30,235 nucleotides of DNA from Steroidobacteraceae bacterium (GTDB lineage Bacteria > Pseudomonadota > Gammaproteobacteria > Steroidobacterales > Steroidobacteraceae): positions 1-30,235 of the forward strand of contig DATMKO010000061.1 of the NCBI GenBank assembly GCA_035571175.1, written 5' to 3'. The translations under genes were made by a program, and so were the position numbers. Under the pieces are notes generated by a model that was not told where the DNA came from, made no database searches, and saw only the letters and a program-made list of their open reading frames with translations. Every line of letters starts with the position of its first letter. Position 1 is the stretch's first letter. Of this stretch, positions 1 to 7,506 are shown in pieces.

Positions 1-2360
1 AGGGCCCGGCTACGGTCGGTGCGCGCCGCGCCCGCGGCGCGATCGGCGGCGATGATCTCCCTCAGCCAATAATCGCGGCCGCTGTAGTCACCCGCCTTTG
101 CCGCCATCGCGCTCAATTTGCTGCGCGCCTCGATGGCAGGATTCAAAGGCTGAGGGAAATGCTTCACGAAGGCCTCGAGCATGGTGCGCGCCTTCGCCGA
201 ATTGCCGGCCTTGTCGTAAAGACTCGCCGCCTGCACGGTGGCTTCGCGCTGCACGTCAACCGATTCCTGCGGCGATGCCGCGATGAGTTCGAATTCGGCG
301 GCGGCTTCGCCGGGGTGATTCGATTCCGAATAAGCCACTGCAAGATTCCTCGTGACATCCGCCTGCAGCGGGCTTTGCGGAAAGTTGCGGCGGAACCCTT
401 CCAGCACGGGGATGGCCCGGTCCCATTGTTTTTCTTTGATGAGCAGCGCCGCGGCATCGAAGTCGGCATTCGCCCGGACTTTCGATGTGGGTGCCAAACT
501 GGCCACGCGCAGGAAATCATCGACGGCCGCCGCGCTGTCGCCCGCCTTGCTCTTCTGTTCTCCTTGCTTGTAGATCGACGCGGCAAGCCGCTCCACGATG
601 ACCGCTCGCTCCGGATCGTTGGGCGCCATCAGGGCCTGCGCATGCGTATAGCCCGCCTCGGCCTTGTCGAATATGCCCTGGTCGAAATTCGAGTTGGCGA
701 TCACCGTCCAGGCGATGCGTTGTTTGCCCGCATCGACTTGCGGCTGCTTCGCAAGCAATGCTTCCGCCGCGGACGTCGCGCGCAGATAGTCCTTGGCGGC
801 ATATAGTTCGGTGGCCGCGCGAGTCAGCACTTGGGCACTTTCCGGGTGAGCGGGAAATGCCGCGGCGAATCGCAAAGAACTGTCGAGAGCCTTGAGATGC
901 AGCGCCGCCTTGGGCTCGCCCGACAGCGTCTCTTCCTGCTTGCCGTAGGCGATGATCGCCGCGTATCCCGCCGCCGCGGCTTTTTCATTATTGCCGTAGT
1001 GGTAGGCAGTGCTTTCATATTCCTGGGCGGCATCCAGATATTGCCGGCTCTCGAACAACGTGTCGGCCAGAAGATAGTTGGTGACCGCGGAATTCGGATC
1101 GTCAGGCCATGATCTCAAGTAGCTGCGATACCATTTGGCTGCCTCTTGGTAATCCGCCACATCCTTGGTGCGCTGCGCCTGGGCGTGATAGTACTGCGCC
1201 ACGTCCTTGAGATTGGTCTGCAATACCGCGACGACTTTCGGTTCGTTCTTTGGGTCGCGTCCCTGCCAATACGGCGTACCGAAACTGTAGTTCTGCACGA
1301 ATTCCCTCTTGCCCTGCAGAACCAGCTGCGGGAAGCCGCCTTTGGAGTACGCTTCGATCGCCTGCATTTCCAGGAGCGGCGCCTTTTCATTGTTGCGGTC
1401 CTGCGAGACGAAGGCGCGGTAGCTGTCGGCGGCATCCGTCCAGCGCTCCTTCTCCATGTACAGATCGCCCAAGCGCGCATACATGAGGTACGAGTACGGG
1501 CGGGACTTGTGGCGCTTGATGAACTCATCGATGGTCTTGGGTCCATCGAGGTAGGAGTAGGTGATCGACATCACTCTGAAGGTATCTTCGACCAATTCGC
1601 GATTGGCCCGGGTCAAGGTATCGATCTCGATCAGCTTGTTTGGATCATTTTTGGCAACCAGTTCCGAATCGAGCACGCCGGCAAAGGAATCCAGGCTGCG
1701 CTCGTTCTCGCCCTGCTTGAACAACGACCAGCCATGTTTGTAAAGACTCTGGTTATAAAACGCGGACGAGGAACCGATTTTGATCACTGACTCGTAGGCG
1801 GCCTGCGCCTTCGGATACGCCTTGTCGGTGAATAGAATCTCGCCGCGGCGAAACTGCGCCTCGTCGATGAAGCGGCTGTTGGGATATTGCGCCACCAAGC
1901 GGTCCAGGGAGGCAAGTCCCTTGTCGGGTTGCGCGTTCAGTTCGTAGGCGCGCGCCAGCTGGTACAGCACCGAGTCGTTGCGCTCGTATTTCGGATATGC
2001 CTTCAGCAGCGCGGTATACAAATGAATGGCTTCGGTTGCGCGTAGGCCTTCGTTGGTGGCGAGTTCCTGCGCGATGCGCTCGGATTCCGAGCTTTCCAGG
2101 TTCAAGTCGCCGAGCCGGCGCAGCGCCTCGGCACGCAGCGCGGCATCGCCCGCGTTCAAATCGAGAAAGCGCTTGTAGCTCTCCATGGTCTTGGCGGCAT
2201 CCACGTTCTTCGGCGGATCGGTATTGACGTCGATCGGCTGATTTTCGAGGTCCTTGATCGTCGCGGGGGGTTTCTGGGTCGCCGCGCCCGAATACGCCGC
2301 TCCAAAAGCCAGCACGGCCAGTATGGCGGCGCCGCATGTCAATTGTGAGACCGAAGCCAT
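1..2360 (-). CDS. Large exported tetratricopeptide-repeat (TPR) protein, truncated at the left edge (at least 786 aa)
   Basis: Not in the ORF track because it has no stop in the window. Translated by hand from ATG 2360, which shares one base with the upstream TGA: MASVSQLTCGAAILAVLAFGAAYSGAATQKPPATIKDL...DSVLYQLARAYELN...DEAQFRRGEILF...QSLYKHGWSLFKQ. The same frame was spot-checked at about 1150 (DYQEAAKWYRSYLRSWPDDP) and at 1-120 (RDYWLREIIAADRAAG). It has a signal peptide and repeated TPR-type helices. Confidence 0.9.
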   Translation of the reverse strand, partial: MASVSQLTCGAAILAVLAFGAAYSGAATQKPPATIKDLENQPIDVNTDPPKNVDAAKTMESYKRFLDLNAGDAALRAEALRRLGDLNLESSESERIAQELATNEGLRATEAIHLYTALLKAYPKYERNDSVLYQLARAYELNAQPDKGLASLDRLVAQYPNSRFIDEAQFRRGEILFTDKAYPKAQAAYESVIKIGSSSAFYNQSLYKHGWSLFKQGENERSLDSFAGVLDSELVAKNDPNKLIEIDTLTRANRELVEDTFRVMSITYSYLDGPKTIDEFIKRHKSRPYSYLMYARLGDLYMEKERWTDAADSYRAFVSQDRNNEKAPLLEMQAIEAYSKGGFPQLVLQGKREFVQNYSFGTPYWQGRDPKNEPKVVAVLQTNLKDVAQYYHAQAQRTKDVADYQEAAKWYRSYLRSWPDDPNSAVTNYLLADTLFESRQYLDAAQEYESTAYHYGNNEKAAAAGYAAIIAYGKQEETLSGEPKAALHLKALDSSLRFAAAFPAHPESAQVLTRAATELYAAKDYLRATSAAEALLAKQPQVDAGKQRIAWTVIANSNFDQGIFDKAEAGYTHAQALMAPNDPERAVIVERLAASIYKQGEQKSKAGDSAAAVDDFLRVASLAPTSKVRANADFDAAALLIKEKQWDRAIPVLEGFRRNFPQSPLQADVTRNLAVAYSESNHPGEAAAEFELIAASPQESVDVQREATVQAASLYDKAGNSAKARTMLEAFVKHFPQPLNPAIEARSKLSAMAAKAGDYSGRDYWLREIIAADRAAGAARTDRSRA

Positions 2361-4252
2361 CACGGTTTGGCCTTCGGCGCATTCGATGCGCGATCATAGA
2401 TCGCGGCCAATTCGTAGCGCGCCTGGATTTGGTAGGCCTCGATGCGCTGTTTTTGACCTTCGAGCTCCTGTATGGCGAGCACTTGCAGGAATCGGTTCTG
2501 CCTCTCCGACACATCGGCCAGGCGCTGCTGCAGATCATCGATGCGGCCGCGTACATCCGAGACACGCGATCCGTACTCGCCGGTGGTCAGCGGCGTACCC
2601 TCGCGAGCCTGCTTGACCAGCACGGCGCGCTTTTGCGTCTCCTTGAGTATGCCCTCGAGTTCCTTGACCGAGCGCCGTTCATTCCACACCCTCGCTTTGA
2701 AGCTCTCCGACAGGCGCCAGTACATGACTCCCTTCATCAGGCGATGCTTTTCGCGCATCTCCGTCAACTCCGGATCGTCCGGGTGCGCCGCGAGATAATC
2801 CTCGATGCGCTTCAATCGCGCCCAGGTTTGCTGCTCCTCGGGCGTGCCCAAAGCCGCCACGTCATTGGATTTCTCGATGTCGTTGATGCGCGATTCGAAA
2901 TCCACGCGTTGCCGGGTCAAGCCGTCGAGATCGGTGGCGCCCAAGACCGCGTCAGCCTTCGGAACGCGTTGCGTATAGGCCGCCTGGCGGGTATCCAGCA
3001 TGTCGTGAAAGGCTGCGATGTCATCGTGCCAGGCGTCCAGATTGCGGCTCATGAAATTGAGTTCGCGATAATTCTTCAAGCCCTCCTGAAATTCATTGCT
3101 CGCCAGGAGTGCGTACAGGTAGCGCGACTCGGGAGCATCGGGCACGCTGGTCAGCTGCCAGTACCAGGTCAGCGTGTCCTTCTTGTCGTCGTTCAGCAGG
3201 CGGTCGAGCATCTTGCCGCTGCGAATCTGTTCGATTGAGTCGTCAATCAGCTTCAATTCGGAATCGAAGGATGCAATCGCCGACTCGTAGCCTTCGGCGG
3301 CCTGCCCGGTGGCGGACAATTGCAAATATGCATAGGGCACGGTGAGAAAGGACTCTTGAACCGCCGAGTCCAGCAAGCTGCGCTTGCGCAATGCAACCCA
3401 TGGCACCAGCGCGCGCTTGAATTCGCCCATGCCGGCGTCCGCCCAGCCGACTCCGAGCAGCGCCTTGCTTGAGTACGGGCCTTCGAGCCGGATTCGCTGC
3501 AGGATGGGCCTGGCTTCAGCCGCCCGCTGCGCCTGCAGCAGCGCAAACCCGAGGGCGAGATTTGCCTTGTCCTTCAGCGCCAACAATTCCGGGCTGCGCG
3601 TCTGCATGGTGCCGACCCGATCAAGATACCTGGCGGCGTCGGCAAGCCGCTCCTTGCGCACCAAAGCTATCCCTAAGTTGAACTGTGCATACGCGGTCCA
3701 GTCCGGCGCACCGTGCCAATTGCTCAAGGCGGCAATCGCCTCGTCATAGCGCCCCTGCTTCATCATCAATTGCGCGATCAGCATGTAACGTTCGGCGTTG
3801 ATGCGCGGATCCATCTTGTCTGAGACCTGCCGCAGCGCGCGCTCCGATTCCTCCAGGTAGCCGCGCTGATACCAGACTTTTCCCAAATAAAACCACGCCC
3901 GGTTGCGCACCGCTTCGGAGGTGTTTTGTTTGAGCAAGGCCTCGAAGATCCTGCCGGCCTCCACGTGCTGGCCCAGCGACAGGTACAAACCACCGAGCAG
4001 CAATTCCGCTTCGCCTTCGGTGTGCGGAATCCGGTTCTGTTCGCGCGCCGCGAGCAGACGGGTAATCGAATCGAAATAATCATCCTGAAAGAAATAAAAC
4101 AGCACATCGCCGTATTGCAGATCCTGCACCACATGCGGCGGCAAACCGTTGGGATCCGGCTTGACGTTTTTCGCCGGCGCGGACGCCAGCGGCAGCGCCA
4201 GCAGCAGCCCGCCGAGGATCAGCGGCCGACGTCTATTAATAACGCGCTGCAC
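2360..4252 (-). CDS. Exported TPR protein with C-terminal coiled-coil region (630 aa)
   Basis: GTG start and signal peptide (RRRPLILGGLLLALPLASAPA). TPR-like repeats (AELLLGGLYLSLG, AWFYLGKVWYQRG, AQFNLGIALV, ANLALGFALL, ALLGVGWA). Helical coiled-coil C-terminal half. Coupled to the neighbouring genes. Confidence 0.88.
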   Translation of the reverse strand: MQRVINRRRPLILGGLLLALPLASAPAKNVKPDPNGLPPHVVQDLQYGDVLFYFFQDDYFDSITRLLAAREQNRIPHTEGEAELLLGGLYLSLGQHVEAGRIFEALLKQNTSEAVRNRAWFYLGKVWYQRGYLEESERALRQVSDKMDPRINAERYMLIAQLMMKQGRYDEAIAALSNWHGAPDWTAYAQFNLGIALVRKERLADAARYLDRVGTMQTRSPELLALKDKANLALGFALLQAQRAAEARPILQRIRLEGPYSSKALLGVGWADAGMGEFKRALVPWVALRKRSLLDSAVQESFLTVPYAYLQLSATGQAAEGYESAIASFDSELKLIDDSIEQIRSGKMLDRLLNDDKKDTLTWYWQLTSVPDAPESRYLYALLASNEFQEGLKNYRELNFMSRNLDAWHDDIAAFHDMLDTRQAAYTQRVPKADAVLGATDLDGLTRQRVDFESRINDIEKSNDVAALGTPEEQQTWARLKRIEDYLAAHPDDPELTEMREKHRLMKGVMYWRLSESFKARVWNERRSVKELEGILKETQKRAVLVKQAREGTPLTTGEYGSRVSDVRGRIDDLQQRLADVSERQNRFLQVLAIQELEGQKQRIEAYQIQARYELAAIYDRASNAPKAKP

Positions 4253-4255
4253 GCA

Positions 4256-4933
4256 TCATTCCCAGTCTTTGATCATGAACTCAGGTTGATGCTTGGGAAC
4301 ACGGTCGGTGATCTTCAGCTCCAGATACTTTGCACCGACGCCCTTGTCGAAACTGATGGTGGCGCCGCGCTTGTAGGCGCGCTCCACCGGACCCTTGCCG
4401 GTAAAAAACGCCACCAGTTCATGTTTGCCGACCTTCAAATTGCCCAAATAAATCTGCTGCACTCCGCCCTTGAGCAGTGCATCGGCTTCGCGCGCGGTGT
4501 ACAGATAATTCTTCACTTCCTTGTTGTCGATCTTGACGGTCACCGAATCCAGCGCGAAGAACGTGCCTACGTCCATCGATATGTAGAGCGCGACCTGGGT
4601 ATTGGCGGGAAACAGCAGTTCTTCTTGCAGAACGAACAGGTCCTTGTTGAGGTCAATGACGTCCTTTTTCAGACTCTGCACTTCCTGATCCAGGGTCTTG
4701 AGTTCGGCCGGCGGCGCATCCGGGGCTGCGGCAGCTGCCGGCGGCGCGGAATCGCTCCCCGGCGTTGGGGCGGCAGCGGCCGGATTTTGCTCGCTCGGCG
4801 CAGCTGCCGGCGGCGTTGCCGGAGCCGCAGCTGCGGGGGCCGCCGCGTTCGCCGCCGACGCGCCTGCGGCCATCCACGCCGCCGACAGCACGCCGAAAAC
4901 CATGATCGACACAACCCGGACTTTAAGATTCAT
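4256..4933 (-). CDS. Secreted protein: signal peptide, Ala/Pro-rich linker, coiled coil and beta-rich C-terminal domain (225 aa)
   Basis: Signal peptide, AAAPAAAAPATPP low-complexity linker, coiled coil LDQEVQSLKKDVIDLNKDLFVLQEELL, then a beta-rich domain. No helix-turn-helix is visible. From memory, homologues are often labelled 'AraC family regulator', which the sequence does not support. Confidence 0.8.
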   Translation of the reverse strand: MNLKVRVVSIMVFGVLSAAWMAAGASAANAAAPAAAAPATPPAAAPSEQNPAAAAPTPGSDSAPPAAAAAPDAPPAELKTLDQEVQSLKKDVIDLNKDLFVLQEELLFPANTQVALYISMDVGTFFALDSVTVKIDNKEVKNYLYTAREADALLKGGVQQIYLGNLKVGKHELVAFFTGKGPVERAYKRGATISFDKGVGAKYLELKITDRVPKHQPEFMIKDWE

Positions 4934-4947
4934 AACTGGCCTATCGT

Positions 4948-5451
4948 TTACTCGCGCAGCAATTCGCGAATTTGATCAAGAAAAATGCGCTCATCACCGC
5001 GCTTGAAGCCGACAATCGAATAGCGCACCACGCCGGCGCGATCCACCAGGATCGTCATGGGCATTTTTTGCAGCAAGTAGTCTTTGCCGATTTCTGATCC
5101 GGTATCGAACAGGATCGGATATGACACTCCCATCGCGACCGCGAACTCCTGCGCACGGCGCAGATCCTCGTCGACCGACACGCCGATCACCACGAGTCCG
5201 GCGCGCTGGTAGGTGGTGTTGATGCGGTCGAGCGCCGACATCTCCTGCCGCGAATCGCCCGCCCAGCGCGCCCAAAAATTAACCAGAACCACCTGGCCGC
5301 GATACTCGGACAAGCGCAAATTTCTGCCATCCAGTCCACGCAGCACAAAATCCGGCGCCTCCTTGCCCACCATGGTCGGCGCGGCCGCAAGCGAGGAGCC
5401 GGCCATTGCGGCGCCGAGGATCAGGCAGCCGAGGAAGAATGCTCTACGCAT
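4948..5451 (-). CDS. TlpA/ResA-like thioredoxin-fold protein lacking both active-site cysteines (AGDS in place of CxxC)
   Basis: APDFVLRGLDG..LRLSEYRGQVVLVNFWARWAGDSRQEM..MPMTILVDRAGVVRY is a typical TlpA scaffold. Codons at 5251-5262 read GCG GGC GAT TCG (A-G-D-S). The only Cys lies in the signal peptide. Confidence 0.88.
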   Translation of the reverse strand: MRRAFFLGCLILGAAMAGSSLAAAPTMVGKEAPDFVLRGLDGRNLRLSEYRGQVVLVNFWARWAGDSRQEMSALDRINTTYQRAGLVVIGVSVDEDLRRAQEFAVAMGVSYPILFDTGSEIGKDYLLQKMPMTILVDRAGVVRYSIVGFKRGDERIFLDQIRELLRE

Positions 5452-5499
5452 GCGGTGCTAAATTCAAGCTGACGCCGAAGCGCCGCGATTCATCAATCA

Positions 5500-5585
5500 C
5501 GCTGGTAACCCCGCTGTCCTAGGAACACCCCGTAGACCGGAAGCTTTGCGCCCTCGCCTTTCAGCGAGTTTGCCCTGATCAGACC
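5500..5585 (-). ncRNA. c-di-GMP-I (GEMM) riboswitch
   Basis: The minus strand reads GGUCUGAUCAGGGCAAACUCGCU-GAAA-GGCGAGGGCGCAAAGCUUCCGGUCUACGGGGUGUUCCUAGGACAGCGGGGUUACCAGCG. It aligns by eye to the V. cholerae Vc2 aptamer: P2 stem CUCGCU/GGCGAG with GAAA tetraloop, GCGCAAAG junction and AGCGGGGUUACC 3' end. Ligand-contact equivalents G20 (5574), A47 (5547) and C92 (5505) and the C44-G83 pair are conserved. P1 can form G14-C93, U13-A94 and C12-G95. It lies about 50 nt upstream of ATG 5451. Confidence 0.95.
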
Positions 5586-5591
5586 TTATGC

Positions 5592-5621
5592 AAAATCGCA
5601 CAATGCGAGCCGCAGTGTCAA
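5592..5621 (-). promoter_or_regulatory. Candidate sigma70-type promoter for the riboswitch-led transcript
   Basis: Perfect TTGACA at 5621-5616. A 17-18 nt spacer gives only a weak -10 (CGATTT/GATTTT). The implied start at about 5586 would sit just 5' of the aptamer. Confidence 0.4.
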
Positions 5622-5785
5622 CGCAGCGGCAGCGGCTTCACTGGATTTCTGTATGACTTGGCGCACATTCATGGAATTTCATTGCGATGCTGCTCTCGTG
5701 ACATGCCACGCACCGCTCGAGGCGCACAATGCAAGCGGCTTGCTACCCCGCATCACTGCTCGATGTGTTGTCTCTGGATTGAGAC

Positions 5786-5810
5786 AGACCTGCGCGGAAA
5801 GCGCAGGTCT
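5786..5810. repeat. Perfect inverted repeat, 10-bp stem
   Basis: AGACCTGCGC-GGAAA-GCGCAGGTCT, read directly from the sequence. Confidence 0.8.
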
Positions 5811-5844
5811 AAAAGCCAAGGGTCCGACGTCAGCCGGACCCTTG
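5811..5844 (-). terminator. Probable intrinsic terminator downstream of the DUF1501-like gene
   Basis: The minus strand reads CAAGGGTCCG-(8 nt)-CGGACCCTTG followed by GCTTTT, starting about 18 nt after the TAG at 5862. The U-tract is short. Confidence 0.6.
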
Positions 5845-5861
5845 TGTTGCAGATCACATTC

Positions 5862-7481
5862 CTAGGCAACTAATCCATTGACGAGACCGGCCAGCGGTTG
5901 CCATGCAACCAGCGGTTCGAGCGCGGTGCCGCTGCCCAGGGTGTTGTTCAAGTTCGGCGCGGGCCACAGTGTCGGCCACGCGGATATCGCGTTGGCACTG
6001 TGCAGCGCCATGTAGTTGAGCACCACCATCTGCACCAGGTTGGGTACGTTGTTGCCGGCGGGGCTGCCGGTGGTGTTCTGCGAACCGTCGGGATTGAAGT
6101 TGCCGATCTGCAAACTCATTTCCGGATTGGATTGCGCGGACACCGCCCTTCCCGCGGGATTGAAGACCAGGAAATAGGTCGCCGCGACGCTTTGGTTGTC
6201 GGCCGTCCAGACGCCCTTGCCGCGCCCGCCAACGGAGTTGTCGATCATGCCGTTGCTGGCGAGCGAGCCGTCGCTGAATACATAGATCATCACCGGTTTG
6301 CCCACGCGGTTGGCATATTCCAGAACCGCGCCGATGCAATTGCCCAGGTTCAAATCCTTGGCCTCACCGTCCATGCGGTTGCCGCTGTGATAGTCGAAGC
6401 CGCCCATTTCGATGGTGCCGGCGGCGGCATTGCCGTCGATCACGAGTTTCATGACTGCCGCGGTCGCTTGATAGGACGAGTTGGCCTGGTATTCGGCCGT
6501 TTGGAAGATGCCGCTGGCGCCCACGATGTTCGGATCCACGTCGGGATTCACGGCGGACGGACTGTTGTACTTGTCGACGATGTAGGCCGACTTCGTATAG
6601 CCGCAGGCCTCGATTCCGGCCGACCCGATTGCTGCGGTATTCAATGCCGCATTATTCGGATACGCCGTCACCACGCCGTACTTGGCATCGCTGATGCGCT
6701 TCATGGACTCCAGCACATTGGTGACGTCGGAAGAATTGGGCAGCAGCGTGCTCAACTGTCCGGTGCTGACCAAACCCTTGCTGTCCTGCGAACTGGAGAT
6801 TTTGGTCGGCGTCGCCGACGGGATGACCATGGTGGGCGGTGACATGGAGTTGCCACCCGACATGGAACTATCCGTGCCGATGAGATTCAGCAGGCCGCCG
6901 CGCGCGCCCGCTTGATAGATGCCGTACATCGGGTTGTGCGGATTGGTATTGGTATCGTTTTGCGACAGCGCAGGAATGATCGTGCCGGTCGTGCCCGCCA
7001 TGGCCGCGGCGCTGGCCCGCAGCTTCATGCCGCGCAAATGCGCGCTGTCCGAGTGATAGCGCAAGCCGAAGCTCGCGTCGACGAAACTACCCGAGGCGCT
7101 GGCATTCGGCACCATGGTTCCGGGCAGTCCCAGTTTGCTGTAGCCTGCGACCGAGAGGAAATCCAGCTGCCCGGCAGGACCGCCGACCAGCACATTGGAT
7201 CCGGCGATATTGCCGCCGCCGGCGAGGTCGAAGCAGATGAACGGGATCTTGCCGGCGCCGGTGGTGATGTTGCAGGCGGTTACCGCGGCCTGGATATCCG
7301 CAGCGAGCGTCGCGCGAGCAGATCGCGGGTAGGCCAGCATACCGGCCAGCGTCGGTGCGACCACCGTCGCCGCGCCGGTGATGAAGCCCTGCGCGAGGAA
7401 CTCGCGGCGCGTGCGTGGCCGTGGGTGATCCTGGTGACGGAACGGCCCGTTGGTACCCGCCGTAACTGATTTCTTGCTCAT
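5862..7481 (-). CDS. Tat-exported DUF1501-like protein of unknown function (539 aa)
   Basis: Twin-arginine motif RTRREFLAQG with a signal ending SARA. The motifs PFICFDLAGG, IEMGGFDYH and VMIYVFSDG resemble the DUF1501 motifs (xFLxGG, GGWDTH, vvxsEFGR). A purine-rich SD (GGAAGAGG) precedes ATG 7481. Confidence 0.65.
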   Translation of the reverse strand: MSKKSVTAGTNGPFRHQDHPRPRTRREFLAQGFITGAATVVAPTLAGMLAYPRSARATLAADIQAAVTACNITTGAGKIPFICFDLAGGGNIAGSNVLVGGPAGQLDFLSVAGYSKLGLPGTMVPNASASGSFVDASFGLRYHSDSAHLRGMKLRASAAAMAGTTGTIIPALSQNDTNTNPHNPMYGIYQAGARGGLLNLIGTDSSMSGGNSMSPPTMVIPSATPTKISSSQDSKGLVSTGQLSTLLPNSSDVTNVLESMKRISDAKYGVVTAYPNNAALNTAAIGSAGIEACGYTKSAYIVDKYNSPSAVNPDVDPNIVGASGIFQTAEYQANSSYQATAAVMKLVIDGNAAAGTIEMGGFDYHSGNRMDGEAKDLNLGNCIGAVLEYANRVGKPVMIYVFSDGSLASNGMIDNSVGGRGKGVWTADNQSVAATYFLVFNPAGRAVSAQSNPEMSLQIGNFNPDGSQNTTGSPAGNNVPNLVQMVVLNYMALHSANAISAWPTLWPAPNLNNTLGSGTALEPLVAWQPLAGLVNGLVA

Positions 7482-7506
7482 AAGTTTAAGACCTCTTCCG
7501 TCTTGC

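Noticed and set aside
98-4975. Plus-strand ORFs such as 159..806, 1146..1790, 2336..3238 and 3926..4975, and short minus-strand ORFs in other frames
   Set aside because: These are shadows or alternate frames of the TPR operon. They are Arg/Gly-rich with no domain signal.
5500-5585. 3',3'-cGAMP (GEMM-Ib) riboswitch, tempting given the nearby cytochromes
   Set aside because: Position 20 is G (AGGGCAAAC), as in c-di-GMP-selective aptamers, not A. Only binding assays would fully exclude it.
5862-7481. Type II secretion GspF (a label I recall on homologues)
   Set aside because: It has a Tat signal, no multi-TM T2SSF architecture and no other gsp genes nearby.
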